This document shows positions 57,036 through 64,000 of a stretch of 64,000 nt of DNA, one piece after another; position 1 is the first letter of the stretch; the number at the start of each line of letters is the position of its first letter. The stretch covers positions 1,504,001 to 1,568,000 of the forward strand of contig CBDCXV010000010.1 in NCBI GenBank assembly GCA_965223905.1, written 5' to 3'. Source of the DNA: Candidatus Latescibacterota bacterium. GTDB lineage: Bacteria; Latescibacterota; UBA2968; UBA8231. The position numbers and the translations under genes are program-made. The notes under the pieces are model-generated. The model ran no database searches. It was not told the DNA's origin and saw nothing but the letters and a program-made list of their open reading frames with translations.

Positions 57036-58280
57036 GTGTCCAGGCGCAGGGTAGCGGTCACGGGTGCCGGTGTGCTGGCCCCCAACGGCAACGGCATCGA
57101 GGCCTTCTGGGAGGCCCTCATCGAAGGCCGCTCCGGCATCGGCGAAATCACCCGGTTCGACACCTCGGAGCACAGGGTGAAGATCGCCGGGGAGCTCAAG
57201 GGGTTCGACCCGGGTCAGTCGCTCGACCACAGGGAGGTGCGCCGCAACGACCCTTTCGTTCACTATGCCGTCCACACCGCGGTCGAGGCGGCGACGCGAG
57301 CCGGGATCAGCGCCGATTCCGTCGATGCCGAGCGTATGGGAGTGATATTCGGGTCGGGAATCGGCGGCATCTCCACTCTCGAGGAACAGCACAACGTCCT
57401 CAACGACAAGGGGCCGGGCCGCATCAGTCCCTTCTTCATCCCCTCGATGATAAGCGACATGTCGGCGGGGATGATATCGATCAAGGTGGGCGCCAAGGGA
57501 CCCAACTACACCACCGTTTCCGCCTGCTCCTCGGCGGCCCACGCGATCGGCGAGGCGGCGCGCAAGATCCAGTACGGGGAAGCCGAGGTGATGATTGCCG
57601 GGGGAAGCGAAGCCGCGGTCACCCCGTTCTCGGTAGCCGGCTTCGCCGCCGCGCGCGCCCTGGCGGTGCGCAACGAGGAACCGGAACGGGCGAGCCGGCC
57701 GTTCGACGCCGAGCGCAACGGTTTCGTGCTGGGCGAAGGGGCCGGAGCCGTCGTGCTCGAGGAGCTCGAGCACGCGAAAGCGCGCGGCGCCGACATCCTG
57801 GGTGAATTCCTCGGGCTCGGGTTCACCGCGGACGCCTACCACATCACCGACATGGCACCCGAAGGAGAGGGAGGGGCGCGGGCGATGCGCATCGCGCTGC
57901 GTGACGCCGGACTGTCCCTCGACGCCGTCGACTACGTCAACGCGCACGGGACGTCGACGGTCATCGGCGACCCGCAGGAAACCGCGGCGATCAGGAACGT
58001 CTTCGGCGCGCATGCCCGCAACGGCCTGGCGGTGAGCTCCACCAAGTCGATGACGGGGCACCTGCTGGGAGCCGCCGGCGCCATAGAGAGCATCGCCTGC
58101 CTGATGGCGCTCGCCAACGGCGTGCTGCCGCCGACGATCAACTACGAAAACCCCGATCCCGACTGCGACCTCGACTACGTCCCCAACGAGGCGCGCAAGG
58201 CGGATATCAGCTGCGTACTGAACAACTCCTTCGGTTTCGGGGGCCACAATGTCGCGCTCATCTTCGGACGCTTCGGCTGA
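57036..58280 (+). CDS. fabF: Beta-ketoacyl-ACP synthase II
   Basis: SACSS, SRPFD..RNGFVLGEG, NAHGTST, KSMTGH, NSFGFGGHN. Confidence 0.97.
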   Translation: MSRRRVAVTGAGVLAPNGNGIEAFWEALIEGRSGIGEITRFDTSEHRVKIAGELKGFDPGQSLDHREVRRNDPFVHYAVHTAVEAATRAGISADSVDAERMGVIFGSGIGGISTLEEQHNVLNDKGPGRISPFFIPSMISDMSAGMISIKVGAKGPNYTTVSACSSAAHAIGEAARKIQYGEAEVMIAGGSEAAVTPFSVAGFAAARALAVRNEEPERASRPFDAERNGFVLGEGAGAVVLEELEHAKARGADILGEFLGLGFTADAYHITDMAPEGEGGARAMRIALRDAGLSLDAVDYVNAHGTSTVIGDPQETAAIRNVFGAHARNGLAVSSTKSMTGHLLGAAGAIESIACLMALANGVLPPTINYENPDPDCDLDYVPNEARKADISCVLNNSFGFGGHNVALIFGRFG

Positions 58281-58352
58281 CCCTGCCGCTTCCGGACAAC
58301 CGGGGCGGCGCCCGCCCGGCACCCTGTTCGGCTCCCGGAATCACAGCACCTC

Positions 58353-59108
58353 ATGGGATGGCTTTCCGCACTGTTCAGCCGCAGCCGATTCTCGAGATCG
58401 GGGGATACGGCCCCGCCGGGCCATCTCGGAGAGCTCGAGCAGCGCCTGGGGTATCGCTTCCGTGACCAGGAGCTGCTGCTCACGGCGCTCAAACACCGCT
58501 CCTACGTGTACGCCCGGCAGGGAAGCGGCGTCGATTCCAACGAGCGTCTCGAGTACCTCGGCGACGCCGTGCTCGACCTGCTGGTCGCCGAGGAGCTGTT
58601 CCGTCGCCACGAAGACCGTCGCGAGGGGGACCTCACAAAGATGAAGTCCCTCGTCGTCAGCCGCCCCGTCCTCGCCCGCAAGGCGCGCAGCATCGAGCTC
58701 GGGCGTTTCCTGCTGCTGAGCCAGGAGGAGCGCAAGGTGGGGGGAGCCGATCAGGACTCCATTCTCAGCGACGCCTTCGAGGCCGTGATCGGCGCCATGT
58801 ACATCGATGGCGGACTCGAAGGGACCCGGCGCTTCGTCGAGCGGGTGGTCATGGGGGATTTCGAAGAGCTTCACCAGCGCGAGGACTCCATCAATTTCAA
58901 GAGCAGTCTGCTCGAGCACACCCAGAGCCTGGGGTGGGGCTATCCGAGGTATCACGTGCAGGAGGAGAAGGGGCCGGATCACGACAAGGTCTTCAGCGTG
59001 TCGGTTTACGTCACCGGGGAGGAGGTCGGTTTCGGCAGCGGCAGGAGCAAGAAGGAAGCGCAGCAGATGGCGGCCCGGGACGCCCTCCTCAAGCTCGGAC
59101 AGCTGTGA
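58353..59108 (+). CDS. rnc: Ribonuclease III
   Basis: NERLEYLGDAVL, D.FEAVIGA, dsRBD with G.SKKEAQQ.AA. Confidence 0.97.
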   Translation: MGWLSALFSRSRFSRSGDTAPPGHLGELEQRLGYRFRDQELLLTALKHRSYVYARQGSGVDSNERLEYLGDAVLDLLVAEELFRRHEDRREGDLTKMKSLVVSRPVLARKARSIELGRFLLLSQEERKVGGADQDSILSDAFEAVIGAMYIDGGLEGTRRFVERVVMGDFEELHQREDSINFKSSLLEHTQSLGWGYPRYHVQEEKGPDHDKVFSVSVYVTGEEVGFGSGRSKKEAQQMAARDALLKLGQL

Positions 59109-59143
59109 GGCCGCGGGCGAAACCGGCAGCCGGGGATTGAGCC

Positions 59144-59911
59144 ATGACTGCCGTGACGGAAACCTGGCGCCTGCTCGATACCGGGGCGTCGTCAGGCGAC
59201 TTCAACATGCAGGCGGACGCGGTACTGCTCGAGGCCGTCGGCGCCGGCCGCAGCCCCTCGGTGCTGAGGTACTACCGCTGGGATCCGCCGGCCATTTCCC
59301 TGGGATACAACCAGGACCCCGAACGCGAGCTGAATCTGCCGCGGGTGCGCCGCGCCGGCATCGACGTAGTGCCCCGGCTCACGGGCGGGCGCGCCGTCCT
59401 CCACTGGGAGGAGCTGACCTACAGCGTGATCTGCCGCGAAGGATGCGGCCGACTGGGGGCCTCCCCCGGGGCGACGTACCGGGAGATCGGACGGGCGCTG
59501 GTGGCCGGACTGCGGGCCTTCGGCGCCCCGGTCGACCTGCACCGGCAGGATGCGGGACAGGGGGGCCGCTCGACCCCGGAGGCCCCGAAGCCCCCCTGCT
59601 TCGCGAGCACCTCGAAGTGGGAGGTGACGTACCGGGGCCGCAAGCTCGTCGGCAGCGCCCAGCGCCGGATTCGAGGTGCCATCCTGCAGCACGGCTCGAT
59701 TCTCACCGGTCCCCGGCACCTCCTTCTCGGCGGCTTCCTGCGCGGCGCGGATGTCGGCGGCCCGGTCGCCGACTCGAGCTCCCACCTCGGGGAAATCACC
59801 GGGGAGCCGGTCGACATACCCTCCCTGACCGCCTGCATGGCCCGCGGATTCGGCGACTGCCTGGAGATCGACCTGCGCGAGAGCGGCTTGCCGCCGGGGA
59901 GCGGGCGGTGA
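59144..59911 (+). CDS. Lipoate-protein ligase family (LipM-like octanoyltransferase); possible frameshift, true end may be 59982
   Basis: [38 protein letters not shown]. Confidence 0.88.
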   Translation: MTAVTETWRLLDTGASSGDFNMQADAVLLEAVGAGRSPSVLRYYRWDPPAISLGYNQDPERELNLPRVRRAGIDVVPRLTGGRAVLHWEELTYSVICREGCGRLGASPGATYREIGRALVAGLRAFGAPVDLHRQDAGQGGRSTPEAPKPPCFASTSKWEVTYRGRKLVGSAQRRIRGAILQHGSILTGPRHLLLGGFLRGADVGGPVADSSSHLGEITGEPVDIPSLTACMARGFGDCLEIDLRESGLPPGSGR

Positions 59912-59978
59912 TCGAGCACCGTTGCGGGGCGCGGCGAGGGGTGGGAGAACCGGAGCCGGTAGAGGCCGGCACGCAGCG

Positions 59979-60965
59979 ATGACCTCCCCTGTCCGAGAGG
60001 CCCCGGTCGTCGAAGTCGACGGCCTGCGCACCTTCTTTCACGGCGACGACGGCATCGGCCGCGCCGTCGACGGGGTGTCGTTCTCGCTTTACAAGGGAGA
60101 GACCCTGGGACTGGTGGGAGAGAGCGGCTGCGGCAAGAGCGTCACCGCCCTGTCGGTCATGCGCCTGGTCCGCGAGCCTCCAGGTCGCATCGAGGCCGGC
60201 CGCATCGCCGTCAACGGCCGCGATCTGATGGGGTTGTCCGAGCCGGAGATGTGCCGTATCCGGGGGGACGAGGTCGCCATGATCTTCCAGGAGCCCATGT
60301 CGAGCCTGAACCCGGTGCTCACCTGCGGCTACCAGATCATGGAAGCGGTGATGCTGCACCAGGACGCCTCGAGGGCGGAGGCGCGCGAACGCGCCATCGA
60401 GATGCTTAAGCTGGTGGGCATCCCCGCTCCGGAGCAGCGCGTCGACGAGTACCCCCACCAGCAGAGCGGCGGCATGCGGCAGCGGATCATGATCGCCATT
60501 GCCCTCTCCTGCAACCCGGACGTGCTGATCGCCGACGAGCCGACCACCGCTCTCGACGTGACCATTCAGGCGCAGATTCTCGAACTGCTCCAAAGGCTCC
60601 AGGAAGAGCTCGACATGGCCATCCTGCTGATCACCCACGATCTCGGAGTAGTCGCCGAGGTGGCCGACCGGGTGGCGGTGATGTACGCCGGCAGAATCGT
60701 CGAGACCGCGGCGACCCGGGCGCTGTTCGAATCGCCCCGGCACCCGTACACGCGCGGGCTGCTGCGCTCGATTCCCAGCCTCGAAGGAGAACAGGAGCGG
60801 CTCGACATCATCCCCGGCTCGGTCCCGGACGCGCGTGCCATCCCTTCGGGCTGTGCCTTCCATCCCCGCTGCCCGCTGGCCGACGACGGCTGCCGTCGCC
60901 ACCTGCCGCAATCGGCCGAAGCGGCCCCCGGGCACCTCGTGAGCTGCTGGAAAGCCGATGACTGA
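59979..60965 (+). CDS. oppD: Oligopeptide/dipeptide ABC transporter ATP-binding subunit (OppD/DppD-type)
   Basis: [38 protein letters not shown]. Confidence 0.92.
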   Translation: MTSPVREAPVVEVDGLRTFFHGDDGIGRAVDGVSFSLYKGETLGLVGESGCGKSVTALSVMRLVREPPGRIEAGRIAVNGRDLMGLSEPEMCRIRGDEVAMIFQEPMSSLNPVLTCGYQIMEAVMLHQDASRAEARERAIEMLKLVGIPAPEQRVDEYPHQQSGGMRQRIMIAIALSCNPDVLIADEPTTALDVTIQAQILELLQRLQEELDMAILLITHDLGVVAEVADRVAVMYAGRIVETAATRALFESPRHPYTRGLLRSIPSLEGEQERLDIIPGSVPDARAIPSGCAFHPRCPLADDGCRRHLPQSAEAAPGHLVSCWKADD

Positions 60966-62028
60966 AGCGAGCCAGCCGCTGATACAGGCAAAAGGCCTGA
61001 AGAAGCACTTCGAGATCCGCAAGGGGCTGTGGGGCGGCGTCAGCGGGTACGTCCGCGCCGTGGACGGTGTGTCGCTTTCCGTGTGGCCCGGAGAAACCCT
61101 CGGGGTGGTCGGCGAGAGCGGCTGCGGCAAGACCACCCTCGGAAGGCTGATCCTGCGCCTGCTCGAGCCGACCGAGGGGGAGGTCTTCTTTCGCGGGCGC
61201 AATCTCGGCGTCCTGGGAGGCCGCGAGATGCGCCGCCTGCGCCGCCGCATGCAGATCGTCTTCCAGGACCCGTACGGGTCGCTCAACCCGCGCATGACGG
61301 TCGGGTCGATCATCGGCGAGGGCCTGCGCATTCACGGCCTGGCCGAGGGCGCTGCGGTCGAAGCCCGGGTCGCCGAGCTGCTCGACATGGTCGGGCTGCC
61401 CGCGGCCTCGGCGCGCCGTTACGCCCACGAGTTCAGCGGCGGTCAGCGCCAGCGCATCGGCATCGCCCGGGCCCTGGCGGTCGAGCCGGAGTTCATCGTC
61501 GCCGACGAACCGGTCTCCGCCCTCGACGTGTCGGTGCAGGCCCAGATCATCAACCTCCTCCAGGACATCCAGCGCGACCTCGGGCTCACCTTCCTGTTCA
61601 TCGCCCACGACCTCAGCGTCGTGCGCCACATCTCCGACAGGGTGGCGGTGATGTACCTGGGCAAGATTGTCGAAATGGCACCGCGAGACGAGCTTTATCG
61701 CCGGCCCTCACACCCGTACACCCGCGCCCTGCTGTCCGCGGTCCCCCTGCCGGACCCGGCCCGGCGCCGCGGCCGCAGGACCCTCGAAGGGGATGTCCCG
61801 AACCCGGCGGCGGTGCCGCCTGGGTGCCCGTTTCACCCGCGCTGCCCCGAACGCACCGACGCCTGCACGCGCGTCGTCCCGGAGCTGGTGGAGATGGAGG
61901 AGGAAGGCCGCCAGGTCGCCTGCCTGCTGCGCCATCCCGAGGCGGCGAAAGCCGGGGCGGCCTCAACAGACACCAACCAGCCGCCGCCGGCGGCTGACGA
62001 CAGTAGCAACGGAGCTAACAGCTTATGA
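60958..62028 (+). CDS. oppF: Oligopeptide/dipeptide ABC transporter ATP-binding subunit (OppF/DppF-type)
   Basis: [42 protein letters not shown]. Confidence 0.92.
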   Translation: MTEASQPLIQAKGLKKHFEIRKGLWGGVSGYVRAVDGVSLSVWPGETLGVVGESGCGKTTLGRLILRLLEPTEGEVFFRGRNLGVLGGREMRRLRRRMQIVFQDPYGSLNPRMTVGSIIGEGLRIHGLAEGAAVEARVAELLDMVGLPAASARRYAHEFSGGQRQRIGIARALAVEPEFIVADEPVSALDVSVQAQIINLLQDIQRDLGLTFLFIAHDLSVVRHISDRVAVMYLGKIVEMAPRDELYRRPSHPYTRALLSAVPLPDPARRRGRRTLEGDVPNPAAVPPGCPFHPRCPERTDACTRVVPELVEMEEEGRQVACLLRHPEAAKAGAASTDTNQPPPAADDSSNGANSL

Positions 62029-63821
62029 TGACCAAACTGCGAGAGAGCACGGGCATCATCATGTGGATCGTGATCCTCGCTTTCGTGGGACTGATCGTCG
62101 TCGAGTGGGGAGCCGACTATTCCGGCACCTCCCGCTCCCGATCCGACGCCGTCGGAGTGATAAACGGTCAGGAAGTCTCCCTGAAACTCTTCCAGCAGGC
62201 GCTGCGCAACGCGGCGCGCCAGCGCGGCCGCGAGAACAGGGGGGACGACGGCGCCCTCGTGCGCGAGGTGTGGCAGGCGATGGTGAGCGAGACCATCGTC
62301 AACCAGGAGCTCGACCGCCTCGGCATCCAAATCACCGACGAGGAGCTGGCGACCTACACCCGCGAGGCACCGCCCCAGGCCGTACAGGATATCGAGGTGT
62401 TCCAGACGGACGGGGAGTTCGACCCGCAGCTCTACCAGCAGTTCCTCCACGATCAGGGCACCTTCGACGACGCCAGGAACCGCGAATTCATCATGCAGAT
62501 CGAGCGCATGTGGGAGAACCAGCTGCTCAACCACCGGCTGCAGACGCTGCTGATGGAGACCGTGCGGGTCAGCGCCCCCGAGGTGCGGCGGCACTACGTC
62601 GACCGCAACGAGAAGGTCAAGGTCGAGTACGTGTTCTCCCCCTCCGACGGCGAGACCGAGCTCGAGGAAGCGGAGGTCGAGGCGGAATACTCCGCCAACG
62701 CCGACGACTACCGCCACGGCAGGCAGGTGGGAATCCGCTACGCCCTGTTTTCCCGCGTCCCCAGCGCCGCGGATTCGGCCGAGATCCAGGAGCAGGCGAG
62801 CAGCCTGCGCGAAGACATCGTCGCCGGGGCCGATTTCGGCGAGCTCGCCAGGGCGATGTCGGAGGACGAGGGCAGCGCCTCCAGCGGGGGCGACCTCGGC
62901 ACCTTCGGCCGCGGCCGCATGGTAGCGCCGTTCGAAGAGGCGGTTTTCGCCCTCGAAGCAGGAGAGGTGTCGCAGCCCGTGCTGACGCAGTTCGGCTGGC
63001 ACCTGATCAAGCTGGAGGAACGCCTCGAGGAGGACGGGGAAGAGAAGGTCCGGGCGCGGCACATCCTGCTGAAGTTCACGCCGTCGCAGGCGACCGAGGA
63101 CTCCCTCCACCGGGTGGCCTCCGACTTCCGGGAGCTCGCCGCGGACCGCGGCATCGACGCCGCGGCCGGTATCGAGGGGATCGAGGTGCGCGATCCCGGT
63201 TTCGTGCCGCCCGGAAGCGTGATTCCCGGGCTCGGGCTCGGAACCGGGTGGATGGTGAACCTGTTCTTCGACAGCGAGGTCGGCTCGGTCAGCCGGGTCG
63301 GCAGCGTCGAAGGGGCATTCTGGGTGGCCCAGCTGGTCGAGGCCCGCGAGGAAGGGGTGGCGCCACTGGAGGAGGTCAGGTCCCGGGTCGAGCGCTCCCT
63401 CCAAGGGCGCAAGCGGGCCCAGGCGGCAGGGGAAGTGCTGCGGGAGATTCGCGGCGCCGTGCTCGGCGGCGGCGACCTGGCCGCCGCGGTCGCGGCCAAC
63501 GGATTGGAGCTGAGCGAGACCGAGCCGTTCGCGCGCACCGACTTCGTTCCCGGGGTCGGCCGCGACACCGAATTCACCAGGGCGGCGTTCGCCATGCAGC
63601 CGGGCGATCTGAGCGACGTCGTCAGCGTCCGCAACGGCGCCTACCTGCTCAGGGTGATCGAAAAAATCCCCATCGATGAAGAGGCGTTTCTCGACGCGCG
63701 CGAAGCCCTCCTCGAGGAGCTCCTGAAGGAACGCAGGAACGAGGCCCTCCAGGTATGGCTGTCCCAGTTCTACGCCGCGGCCGAGATCGAGGACAACAGA
63801 CACCTGTTCTACACCTTTTAG
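62025..63821 (+). CDS. SurA N-terminal domain / parvulin peptidyl-prolyl isomerase (PpiD-like)
   Basis: N-terminal TM, SurA_N-like region, F.ELA...SED.GS...[26 protein letters not shown]. Confidence 0.9.
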   Translation: MMTKLRESTGIIMWIVILAFVGLIVVEWGADYSGTSRSRSDAVGVINGQEVSLKLFQQALRNAARQRGRENRGDDGALVREVWQAMVSETIVNQELDRLGIQITDEELATYTREAPPQAVQDIEVFQTDGEFDPQLYQQFLHDQGTFDDARNREFIMQIERMWENQLLNHRLQTLLMETVRVSAPEVRRHYVDRNEKVKVEYVFSPSDGETELEEAEVEAEYSANADDYRHGRQVGIRYALFSRVPSAADSAEIQEQASSLREDIVAGADFGELARAMSEDEGSASSGGDLGTFGRGRMVAPFEEAVFALEAGEVSQPVLTQFGWHLIKLEERLEEDGEEKVRARHILLKFTPSQATEDSLHRVASDFRELAADRGIDAAAGIEGIEVRDPGFVPPGSVIPGLGLGTGWMVNLFFDSEVGSVSRVGSVEGAFWVAQLVEAREEGVAPLEEVRSRVERSLQGRKRAQAAGEVLREIRGAVLGGGDLAAAVAANGLELSETEPFARTDFVPGVGRDTEFTRAAFAMQPGDLSDVVSVRNGAYLLRVIEKIPIDEEAFLDAREALLEELLKERRNEALQVWLSQFYAAAEIEDNRHLFYTF

Positions 63822-63861
63822 TCACACACCCGCAGCAGCTTTCATCTGCAAGGAGAACCGG

Positions 63862-64000
63862 ATGCCAGCGTCACCTGAAAGCACCAGGATCGGATTCGTG
63901 GGATTGGGGATCATGGGCGCCCCCATGGCCCGCAACCTCATCGCGGCCGGATACTCGCTCAAGGTCTACAACCGCAGCGACCGCCCCCGCGTTCAGGAGG
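63862..64000 (+). CDS. 3-hydroxyisobutyrate dehydrogenase / tartronate semialdehyde reductase family, partial
   Basis: ATG after AAGGAG; hand translation [31 protein letters not shown]. Confidence 0.88.
   Translation, partial: MPASPESTRIGFVGLGIMGAPMARNLIAAGYSLKVYNRSDRPRVQE

Overview
High-GC bacterial chromosome segment. Gene content (DUF6785/6784 membrane protein, PorV-like barrel, FlgD/T9SS-like C-terminal domain, gatA-tatA-pssA-psd order, Ni-SOD) suggests an FCB-related lineage such as Latescibacterota/Gemmatimonadota-like; this is inference. Left part (about 1-33.5 kb): an accessory catabolic region of mostly signal-less hydrolases (two M19 dipeptidases, two SxxK serine hydrolases, S9 and M81 peptidases, amidohydrolase, two broken gamma-glutamyltransferases), three uncharacterised glycoside-hydrolase-like TIM barrels, cupins, oxidoreductases, RraA, ICL/PEP-mutase and PhyH. 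Right part (33.7-64 kb): housekeeping genes (lnt, radC, DUF151 nuclease, sodN, pcm, gatA, tatA, pssA/psd, htrA, truA, ecfT, xer-like recombinase, uvrC, rlmI, HD hydrolase, ndk, yceD-rpmF-fabHDG-acpP-fabF-rnc, lipoate ligase, oppDF, ppiD/surA). I saw no tRNA, rRNA, CRISPR array, prophage or transposase. Best leads: mirror-image back-to-back promoters linking a SAMHD1-like HD hydrolase (apparently leaderless) to ndk, with a terminator inside the ndk leader; a XerD-like protein missing two catalytic residues; diverged duplicates of gene 3' ends (tatC, pcm); a 160-bp MITE-like element; an M19 homologue lacking metal ligands; deletion scars in the GGT pair and an amidohydrolase remnant. All family calls come from motif recognition by eye; no database search was run.
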